Positions 14,953 to 32,268 of a stretch of 32,268 nucleotides of DNA are shown piece after piece. The stretch comes from Eledone cirrhosa (taxonomy: Eukaryota): contig CAXHJY010001505.1 of assembly GCA_964016885.1 (NCBI GenBank), positions 1-32,268 on the forward strand, read 5' to 3'. The notes beneath the pieces were generated by a model. The model was not told the DNA's origin and did no database searches. It saw only the letters and a program-made list of their open reading frames with translations. The position numbers and the translations under genes are program-made. Position 1 is the stretch's first letter, and every line of letters starts with the position of its first letter.

Positions 14953-16581
14953 TTAATTAGGTTTATAATATTTAAATGTTTTTTTTAGTTTATGATTACA
15001 CGTCGTTTATTTAATAGGATATCCTTAGATTTCATTATTTCAAATAGTTCTTGGGAACATAATCTACATTCATTTCTATTATTTTGATAAGGGGTGGCTC
15101 TTTTGAGCACACTCCAGGTCAAATCATATTCTATATTCTTATTTTTATAAATATTGATTTTTTCTGCTAGAGATGTTGTATTAGCCAGTGCGGCATTTTT
15201 AAAACTATGCTTGTGGGTATTAAACCTTGTCTTAAAATTGTTAGAAGTAGCTCCTATATATGAGCAAATAGAATCTTTAGTTTTAACATTACATTTATAG
15301 ACTATGTTGTTAACAAGACAATTACCTTTTAATGGGCAGTTTGCTTTGTTTCTACAGTTACAACCTTTCGTTAATTCTGTATTTGAGGAGATATTATGGT
15401 TAATTTGATGTATTGGTGGTATACTTATGGTTTTCTTACATTTATATGCATTATAGGCACTTATATTTTGTTTTATGTTATTTGTTGTTGAGTATGAGAA
15501 TTTAACTGTAGACCTATTTAAGATTTGATGGTATTTGTGGTTTGGCGGGAAGTTTTTCTCTGGGATATAAAAAAAATTTTTAGCAATATTATCCTTAATT
15601 TGTAAATTAAATGGAGCATTATACCAAGTAACCCGTCTATTACGGTTTCTATGTTGTTTATTATTTTTATTATTTTTATAGCTTGTATCGTGATGTTTAC
15701 TAGGAGGATTAATGTTAATGATCTCACCACAACCATTTTTAGTTATATTTGTAGATTTAGGTGTTTTATCTTTTTTATTAGGAGTATTATTATTAATATT
15801 TATTAGAGTTGTATGATGAGTAGTTTTTTGAGAGTTACTATATTTTATATTAGAAGATTTGGTATTTTGGGGTATAGTGTGGGTGGCATTTAGGTGTGTA
15901 CTTTTCATTTGGTGTTTGTTGGTAATATTAGGTTGTATGCTTTTAGTATTTTTAGTAGAAGGTATATATTCTAATCTATTTTTGTGGCCACTTCTATCTA
16001 GAGCTTCGTTATAGAAGGTCGCATTTTTATCAAATACATCTTGGTTAGAAGAAAGGTTAGAAATTCTAAGTGATATATTATATGCAAGGTTTTTAAGGAT
16101 AGATTTAGGGTGATTAGATTGTGAGTGTATGTAATGTAAGTTTTGGTTTGGTTTATGGTAAGGTTTGTAGATACCCGTAGCTAAATCTAAAGTTATATCT
16201 AGGAAATTTACTACTTTACTTGTTTTTTCAAAAGTAATATGAAGATTATAATAGTCTTTAAGGAAAGTTCTAATATGTTATTTGTTTTTTTCTATTTCTG
16301 AAAGGCTAAGGTTGTTAGAAAGAAGAAGACAGTCATCACGATATAAACCACCTTTAAGGTGGGGAAAGGAGGCATTTATGTTGAAAAGGAGAAAGAGGCC
16401 CACAAGATCAGTAATTTGTGCGGAATCGCTTGAACCCATAGTAATATCAAATAGATTACTATATGTGTTTCTGGTCCAGTATTCATTCTGAAATTCAATA
16501 AGTGTTAGTCTAGCATGTGTAATAATATTAATGTCATCCAAAGTTAAGTTAGATCTATTTTTAGCAAATATCAATGCTTTG
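14953..16581 (-). pseudogene. Disrupted PLE RT-GIY-YIG ORF of copy B
   Basis: Starts after RT motif A (KALIFAK). Nonsense AAA>TAA at 16278-16280. 16-nt frameshifting deletion at ~15001. Track ORFs 16278..16574 and 14985..15908 are its fragments. Confidence 0.9.
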
Positions 16582-16585
16582 ACAT

Positions 16586-18451
16586 ATAAGACTTATATGT
16601 CCCTCCAAATCAGATATTGGAATAATTAGCAAAAAAATTTTGGATAGAGTCATCCCACAAATAAGAAAACACGTTATTTTACCACTCTGGGAAAACACCT
16701 CCCAGGTAATTAACTGGTTTAAAAATATTAGATGTAAATCTTCTGCTTCATTTGTACAATTTGATATAGATAATTACTATTCTTCTATATCACCTATACT
16801 CCTGAACAAAGCATTGATATTTGCTAAAAATAGATCTAACTTAACTTTGGATGACATTAATATTATTACACATGCTAGACTAACACTTATTGAATTTCAG
16901 AATGAATACTGGACCAGAAACACATATAGTAATCTATTTGATATTACTATGGGTTCAAGCGATTCCGCACAAATTACTGATCTTGTGGGCCTCTTTCTCC
17001 TTTTCAACATAAATGCCTCCTTTCCCCACCTTAAAGGTGGTTTATATCGTGATGACTGTCTTCTTCTTTCTAACAACCTTAGCCTTTCAGAAATAGAAAA
17101 AAACAAAAAACATATTAGAACTTTCCTTAAAGACTATTATAATCTTCATATTACTTTTGAAAAAACAAGTAAAGTAGTAAATTTCCTAGATATAACTTTA
17201 GATTTAGCTACGGGTATCTACCAACCTTACCATAAACCAAACCAAAACTTACATTACATACACTCACAATCTAATCACCCTAAATCTATCCTTAAAAACC
17301 TTGCATATAATATATCACTTAGAATTTCTAACCTTTCTTCTAACCAAGATGTATTTGATAAAAATGCGACCTTCTATAACGAAGCTCTAGATAGAAGTGG
17401 CCACAAAAATAGATTAGAATATATACCTTCTACTAAAAATACTAAAAGCATACAACCTAATATTACCAACAAACACCAAATGAAAAGTACACACCTAAAT
17501 GCCACCCACACTATACCCCAAAATACCAAATCTTCTAATATAAAATATAGTAACTCTCAAAAAACTACTCATCATACAACTCTAATAAATATTAATAATA
17601 AAACTCCTAATAAAAAAGATAAAACACCTAAATCTACAAATATAACTAAAAATGGTTGTGGTGAGATCATTAACATTAATCCTCCTAGTAAACATCACGA
17701 TACAACCTATAAAAATAATAAAAATAATAAACAACATAGAAACCGTAATAGACGGGTTACTTGGTATAATGCTCCATTTAATTTACAAATTAAGGATAAT
17801 ATTGCTAACAAATTTTTTTATATCCCAGAGAAAAACTTCCCGCCAAACCACAAATACCATCAAATCTTAAATAGGTCTACAGTTAAATTCTCATACTCAA
17901 CAACAAATAACATAAAACAAAATATAAGTGCCTATAATGCATATAAATGTAAGAAAACCATAAGTATACCACCAATACATCAAATTAACCATAATATCTC
18001 CTCAAATACAGAATTAACGAAAGGTTGTAACTGTAGAAACAAAGCAAACTGCCCATTAAAAGGTAATTGTCTTGTTAACAACATAGTCTATAAATGTAAT
18101 GTTAAAACTAAAGATTCTATTTGCTCATATATAGGAGCTACTTCTAACAATTTTAAGACAAGGTTTAATACCCACAAGCATAGTTTTAAAAATGCCGCAC
18201 TGGCTAATACAACATCTCTAGCAGAAAAAATCAATATTTATAAAAATAAGAATATAGAATATGATTTGACCTGGAGTGTGCTCAAAAGAGCCACCCCTTA
18301 TCAAAATAATAGAAATGAATGTAGATTATGTTCCCAAGAACTATTTGAAATAATGAAATCTAAGGATATCCTATTAAATAAACGACAGGAATTAATTATA
18401 TCGTGTAATCATAAACTAAAAAAAACATTTAAATATTATAAACCTAATTAA
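16586..18451 (+). CDS. PLE RT-GIY-YIG ORF, uninterrupted but lacking the N-terminal ~200 aa and a natural start
   Basis: Open from IRLICPSKSDIG (identical to the same peptide in D) to YYKPN*. Contains the YRDD, CxCx5CPL and YIG motifs. Confidence 0.88.
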   Translation: MRLICPSKSDIGIISKKILDRVIPQIRKHVILPLWENTSQVINWFKNIRCKSSASFVQFDIDNYYSSISPILLNKALIFAKNRSNLTLDDINIITHARLTLIEFQNEYWTRNTYSNLFDITMGSSDSAQITDLVGLFLLFNINASFPHLKGGLYRDDCLLLSNNLSLSEIEKNKKHIRTFLKDYYNLHITFEKTSKVVNFLDITLDLATGIYQPYHKPNQNLHYIHSQSNHPKSILKNLAYNISLRISNLSSNQDVFDKNATFYNEALDRSGHKNRLEYIPSTKNTKSIQPNITNKHQMKSTHLNATHTIPQNTKSSNIKYSNSQKTTHHTTLININNKTPNKKDKTPKSTNITKNGCGEIININPPSKHHDTTYKNNKNNKQHRNRNRRVTWYNAPFNLQIKDNIANKFFYIPEKNFPPNHKYHQILNRSTVKFSYSTTNNIKQNISAYNAYKCKKTISIPPIHQINHNISSNTELTKGCNCRNKANCPLKGNCLVNNIVYKCNVKTKDSICSYIGATSNNFKTRFNTHKHSFKNAALANTTSLAEKINIYKNKNIEYDLTWSVLKRATPYQNNRNECRLCSQELFEIMKSKDILLNKRQELIISCNHKLKKTFKYYKPN

Positions 18452-18953
18452 TAACATTATTTTAGAAATTAATATATAATTTAATTTAAATGTTAGTTAA
18501 CCTATAAATTTAATTTAATTAAAATTCTACTACAGATGAGAATATAAAATATTGTGTAATCATAAATTGTGAAAAACCTTTAAATATTACTAATATATAC
18601 TTAGTAATTTAATTTATAGATTAATTTTAATTTATTTAACCCTTTATTAAAATTCCTTTACAGATAAAATATAACAAAATATCGTGTATCCAATGACAGA
18701 GAAATAAATTTTAGTATTATAGACCTAATTAATATACATTTTAGAAATATATTTATAATTTGGTTTTAAATTTAGTCAACCTAAAAATTTAATTTAATTG
18801 GCTTAAAATTAGTATCCTAATACAGACGGATTGCAGAGTGTCATGTAATCATAGAATGGGATGTGTTTTGGATGTATACCTAGTTAATATATTCTTTGCA
18901 ATTTTTGAAAAAATGTGTATATGTATGTATGTATATGTATGTGTATGTATGTA

Positions 18954-18996
<43 letters not shown>

Positions 18997-19778
18997 ATAT
19001 ATATGTATATGTATTAATTTTGATTTCTATTTGCATATAATTATATTCTGCTATTGATAAAATACAATATCTGTTTTGTTTATTATATACCTAATTAACA
19101 TATACTATAGAAATTAATATATGATTTTTAATTTAGTTAACCTATAATTTATATTCTACTACCGATGTAATACTTTATTTGTTTTTTCCCTATTACTAAA
19201 TTCATTTCCTAATATTGATACCATAACATTAATAACTTTAATTTAGTTATACTATAATTAATACTCTACTACTATTTAACTTCAAAATTCTGCTTCAAAT
19301 ATTATAAACCTAACTAATTTACACCTTAGAAATCAATATGTTAACTTTCTTTAGTTTAGTTAACATATAATTAATGGTATACTTATTTTGAAATGCATAA
19401 TTTTGCCTTATTTCTTGCATTTCCTAACACTGAAACTATGTAAAAACATATATTGAGATCCAAATACAGATTAATATTCTATGTTTCTTGAAACATATAT
19501 TTACTATAATGCCCTTCTCCACCCCCCCCCCCCTTTCCCCCATACTATTATCATCTGTGTTTGTAAGCGTGTATGTATGAATATATATGTAGGTAGGTGT
19601 ATATATGTTTGGGTGTTTATATCTGAGTATAAAAATACATATATGCGCATGCAAATAAGAATGTATGATTGTGTGTATATATATATATATATATGTGTAT
19701 ATATATATGTGTATGTATGCATGTGTATATATATGTGTATATATATATATATGTATATATGTGTATGTGTGTGGGCGT

Positions 19779-19818
<40 letters not shown>

Positions 19819-20483
19819 ATGTATGTGTATGTATATATGTGTATGTATATGTATGTCTCTCTATATATATGTCTATCTTCGTATATATGTGGGTATATGT
19901 GTGTATGTACATGTATGCACATGTATATGTTTATGTGTATATGTGTGTATGTGTATATATGTACGTGTGCGCACATATATATGTGAGTGTGTGTGTGTGT
20001 GTGTATATATATATTGTGTATATCTATGTGTGTATATATATATTCGTATGTGTATATATATATATTATTTATTATTATAATATAACTTATGTGTATATGT
20101 ATATGTGTGAAGGTGTGTATGTGTATATATATGTATATATATGTGTAAAAATATATATGTGTATGTGTGTTTTTGTGTGTGTGTATATATATGTATATAT
20201 GTGTGTATGTATGTGTTTGTATGTGTGTTTATGGTTGTATGTGTGTGTGGGTATATATATAAATGTATGTGTATATATATATATATATATATGTGTATAT
20301 GTATCTCTTTTAATGTGTGTATATATGTATATGTATATACCTTCTTCTTTGTATGTCTGAGTTGTGTGAGAGTGTAGTGGTGTTTGTATGTATATACGCA
20401 TATGTGGATGCATGTGTATTTGTATGTATGTTATATGTATATATGTGTGTATATATATATATATATAAATATATATGTATGTA

Positions 20484-20514
<31 letters not shown>

Positions 20515-20574
20515 GTATATGTTTATATATGTGTGTGGGTGTGTGTTGTATGTGTAGATGTGTGTATGTATATG

Positions 20575-20615
<41 letters not shown>

Positions 20616-21243
20616 ATATATATATATATATATTTTCTTGATATATTTCTTTTTTCTTTTTTCTTTTTCTTTTCTTTTCTTTTTATTTTGAAGTTTATAG
20701 ATACATCTATAAATAAGCAGTCTGCCCAAACCGTTGAATACTGACCTCCCCCCCTCCACCTAATTCTGTATCTTGATCTAAATGTGTGTGGCAGTGTTTA
20801 TGTGAGTGAATTAATATCCATGTGCTTATGATAATATTATATCCACATATATATGTGTGTAGGGGTGTGTGTGTGTGTATGTATGTTCGTAATTATGTGT
20901 ATGTTTATGCATATACGCGCGCGTGTGTGTGAGTGTACGGATATGTGTGAGTATGAGAATATGTGTATACACTTATTTCATATTTATGTGTCTATACGCA
21001 TTTTATCTGTGGATTATAAACTTACAGAGACATTAGCCTTAAATTTTTTGTATTTGCATACATCTTTTTGGCATGCGTATGCATGTTGAGCATATATCTT
21101 TGTATAAATATGTGTACGGGGTTAGTTACATGTATATACACACACCAAACTGCATAAAACTTTTTGTATTTTCATTGGTCAATTTTGAACTCCGTTCCAA
21201 ACGGACCTGAAATTTAAATTGTTGTTATTATCAATAAATATAT

Positions 21244-21397
21244 TTCATTATTTCTGAAGACGGCATATATGTGTGTTTGGTATGTATATTTAATCTTGAT
21301 AGTTTGTATAATTTTGTATAATTTTGTACATAGATCTGTTGAATATGCATGCCAATTCTAACACATATATATCTAGAAACGATCGTTAAATAATGAA
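21244..21397 (+). ncRNA. Hammerhead-like motif (copy C)
   Basis: ttcattattt-CTGAAGA(21254-60) ... GAAA(21376-79)-CGATCG-TT-aaataatgaa. Confidence 0.7.
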
Positions 21398-21460
21398 CTT
21401 TTTTTGTTTAATATAAGGAACTGTTTCATTGTTTTATTCATTATTTGTTTAATATTTTAT

Positions 21461-29745
<8,285 letters not shown>

Positions 29746-29746
<1 letters not shown>

Positions 29747-32268
29747 AATTCCTTTCAACTAAACTGTATCCATTCAAATCTTTCTATTTTTCTCCGGATT
29801 ACTTTTGGAACTACAACTGGAACCGTCGAGCAAACTCTACGTGAGCTGATAATCTACTGTGTGTAATATTTATATTACAACACAACGAAAAAAACTGTAT
29901 ATTTACCTCCTGTAAAGTCGAGCAACCCACACAGCAAACGCAACCACAACAATGGAAAAACACTACCTGGATATGTCACTCAAAAACATACCAACCCAAG
30001 GTAGAAAGGAATATTTATTGAGCATGATTCAAAAAACTAATGAATTCATTCGACGTGTCAGGTGGAAAACGCTCCACTATGATAGAAGCCGTATGAACTC
30101 AACATTAGAAAGTGTTGTAAACAAAAAATTCGGTTTTAGGACTTGTAAAAACCCACCCACCAACCCACTATTAGATGCATTTGAGCAGGACCTTATGAAC
30201 TTAATCCTTAAAATTAAATTCAAAGGACGCAACACCAACAGCAAATTACAGAAAGATATAAAAAAACTACTGGACGACCTTAAAAACACCAAAGGAATTG
30301 TAGTAAAAGCGGACAAAACATCAAACCTGTACACTATGGATTGCACTACATACAACAACTTCATTCGAAAAGAATTACATAAAAAATATAGAAAAACGAG
30401 TGAAATAACCCTTAAGCACATCAATGATGAGGCATGCGAAATAGTGAAAAATCTCGGAATCGAAGATAGGACAGGACCACTCTTACCGGCGGTACCCACT
30501 TTTAATCTTAAGGACCACAAGGTAAACTTTGATAATGACCCTAAAATTAGATTAATCTGCCCCTCTAAATCAGATATAGGTAAAATAAGCAAATATATCT
30601 TAGATAGAATCATCCCCCAAATTAAGGCTAAGGTTAACATTAAACTCTGGGGGAAGACCCAAGAAGCAATAAGATGGTTTAATAGCATTAGCAATAAGAA
30701 TAAATCTAAGTTTATCCAGTTTGATATCGATGAATATTACTCATCGATATCACCTGAAACTTTGAATAGAGCCATTAAGTTTGCTAAGGATAACTCTGAC
30801 CTTACAAACGATGAAATTAAGATTATATTAGAAGCTAGGAAAACTATAGTCAAATTTGAGAACAGTTATTGGGTACGTAAAGATAGACCCTCTAACTTTG
30901 ACATAACAATGGGCTCTAACGATTCGGCGGAAATAACTGATATTGTGGGGTTATTTATCGCCTTTAGACTCCAGGAAAAATTCAGCAATCTCCACGGCGG
31001 AATATACCGCGACGATGTTCTCCTCCTAGCTAAAAACCTTAATAACCAAAAACTAGAAAAACTACGCAAAGATATAAGAAAACTACTACTCGAAATAGGA
31101 CTAACTATAACATATGAATACAACCTTAAAGTAGTTAACTTCCTGGATGTCACACTCAATTTAAACTCTGGTTTGATTAAACCGTTTCATAAATTGAATG
31201 AAAATCTCAAATACGTAAATGTTGGGTCTAACCACCCCATCTCTATAATTAAATCTATCCCTAAAAATATTTCCCTTAGAATCTCGGGTCTATCTTCTAA
31301 CATACAAGTATTTAAGGAACACGCCGAGTACTACGATAACGCCCTTAGTAAAGCAGGCTACCTCAACAAAATAGAGTACATAGATGGGAACAATCAAAAC
31401 ACCCAAAATAAATCCCACATAGGTAGATATAATAACACAACACCAAACCACACTTACTACCATAGTATGCACACCAGTAAACCAACAAACAAAACTAATA
31501 GAAAGCGATGCAAAGAGTACTTATGGTATAACCCCGAATACAATAGCTCCATTAGTACAAATTTACCAGTACTCTTCTTTAAAATAATTAAAAGACATTT
31601 TCCCACATCACACAAATACCACAAAATCCTAAACCCTACCACTATAAGACTGTCATACTCTACAGCGTTAAACCTTGAACAACACATAAAAAAGATCAAT
31701 ACTAGAAGGTTAAACGAAAACACTAAGAACTTAAGTACAAAGAACCCCAAAACAACAGTAGACAATACACTACAGAACATAAATAAACCACACCTAAGTT
31801 CGTCCGCAATACTACTCCAGAGAAAACCCAACGTACACAACTGTAACTGCACCTATCCTGACAACTGCCCCCTCGGCAATAACTGCCTGGAAAAAAATAT
31901 TATTTATAAGTGTACCATTAAATCCGGAGGCAACGAGTGGTATTACGTGGGATCAACGGCAACATCGTTTAAATCTCGATTGTATAGGCATTCTTACTCA
32001 ATAAAACACCAGAGCCAAAGAAATGTAACAACTTTAGCAGAGAAAGCTTGGACGCTCAGGGATAGCAATCAAAAGTTTACCCTAAAATGGGAAAAATTAG
32101 CTAAAACCCAAAGCTTTTCCAGGAGCCAAAATTTCTGCAAATTGTGTAATCTTGAGATTTATTACATAATCACACACAAGAAGAAACTGCTGAATAACAG
32201 AATTGAACGAACATTATTCTGCCGTCACAGAACTAAAACCCTTTTTTCCCACTACAAGCCGAATATTA
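29746..32268 (+). mobile_element. Second, diverged Penelope-like family (copy D), complete ORF 5' end, runs off window
   Basis: ~205-nt leader after (TA)n, then a long PLE ORF homologous to A/C at protein level. Confidence 0.93.
29952..32268 (+). CDS. Apparently intact PLE RT-GIY-YIG protein (>=772 aa, stop beyond window; absent from ORF track)
   Basis: Manual translation in one frame: MEKHYLDMSLKNIP..RRVRWK..KADKTSNLY..KDHKVNF..KIRLICPSKSDIG..QFDIDEYYSSI..ITMGSNDSAE..IYRDD..VNFLDVTL..SNHP..WYNPEY..CNCTYPDNCPLGNNC..IIYKC..YYVGST..KSRLYRH..CKLCNLE..LLN..CRH..HYKPNI. Confidence 0.92.
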   Translation, partial: MEKHYLDMSLKNIPTQGRKEYLLSMIQKTNEFIRRVRWKTLHYDRSRMNSTLESVVNKKFGFRTCKNPPTNPLLDAFEQDLMNLILKIKFKGRNTNSKLQKDIKKLLDDLKNTKGIVVKADKTSNLYTMDCTTYNNFIRKELHKKYRKTSEITLKHINDEACEIVKNLGIEDRTGPLLPAVPTFNLKDHKVNFDNDPKIRLICPSKSDIGKISKYILDRIIPQIKAKVNIKLWGKTQEAIRWFNSISNKNKSKFIQFDIDEYYSSISPETLNRAIKFAKDNSDLTNDEIKIILEARKTIVKFENSYWVRKDRPSNFDITMGSNDSAEITDIVGLFIAFRLQEKFSNLHGGIYRDDVLLLAKNLNNQKLEKLRKDIRKLLLEIGLTITYEYNLKVVNFLDVTLNLNSGLIKPFHKLNENLKYVNVGSNHPISIIKSIPKNISLRISGLSSNIQVFKEHAEYYDNALSKAGYLNKIEYIDGNNQNTQNKSHIGRYNNTTPNHTYYHSMHTSKPTNKTNRKRCKEYLWYNPEYNSSISTNLPVLFFKIIKRHFPTSHKYHKILNPTTIRLSYSTALNLEQHIKKINTRRLNENTKNLSTKNPKTTVDNTLQNINKPHLSSSAILLQRKPNVHNCNCTYPDNCPLGNNCLEKNIIYKCTIKSGGNEWYYVGSTATSFKSRLYRHSYSIKHQSQRNVTTLAEKAWTLRDSNQKFTLKWEKLAKTQSFSRSQNFCKLCNLEIYYIITHKKKLLNNRIERTLFCRHRTKTLFSHYKPNI

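Larger units (their letters stand above)
11847..16581 (-). mobile_element. Penelope-like element copy B (inverted, 5'-truncated, with 3' tail)
   Basis: Reverse complement of C 16807-21460 plus the 134-nt tail. Shares C-type variants (IPE, IHQ, IYK, MKS, KHHD). Confidence 0.92.
16582..21460 (+). mobile_element. Penelope-like element copy C (5'-truncated, tailless)
   Basis: Same organisation as A; ends at aatattttat directly into (AT)n. Confidence 0.92.

Noticed and set aside
20745-21375. Several 1-nt homopolymer shortenings in C relative to A/B
   Set aside because: Pattern is typical of consensus sequencing error; not interpreted biologically.
29846-29900. CTGATAA..hairpin (29858-29884)..CGAAA resembling a hammerhead in the D leader
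   Set aside because: The core deviates from CUGANGA and no stem I or stem III can be formed; only the hairpin is supported.
30077-31852. Minus-strand ORFs (205, 97, 60, 131 aa) and the similar 69/72-aa ORFs in A-C
   Set aside because: Antisense or alternate-frame shadows of the PLE ORFs.

Overview
Very AT-rich, eukaryotic (probably invertebrate metazoan) repeat region with no host genes. About 12.5 kb of interrupted (TA)n satellite holds five retroelement bodies. One is a 5'-truncated RTE-type LINE (44-1808). Three are near-identical 5'-truncated Penelope-like elements (PLEs; RT + C-terminal GIY-YIG, Hydra-clade-like) arranged + / - / + (copies A, B, C; 5701-21460). The last is a diverged, apparently intact PLE (D) whose >=772-codon ORF starts at 29952, runs off the window end and is missing from the ORF track. 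A-C appear to be two head-to-head insertions in which every outer end is an element 3' end joined to (TA)n: one end carries a 134-nt tail and the other lacks it. Each copy has an unusually long (3-3.8 kb) 3' UTR with degenerate repeats of the ORF end, a TG/TA microsatellite, and a type I hammerhead-like motif with a ~115-nt extended stem II. The tail is collinearly similar to the 5' leader of D. All poly-(YI) ORFs are microsatellite artefacts.
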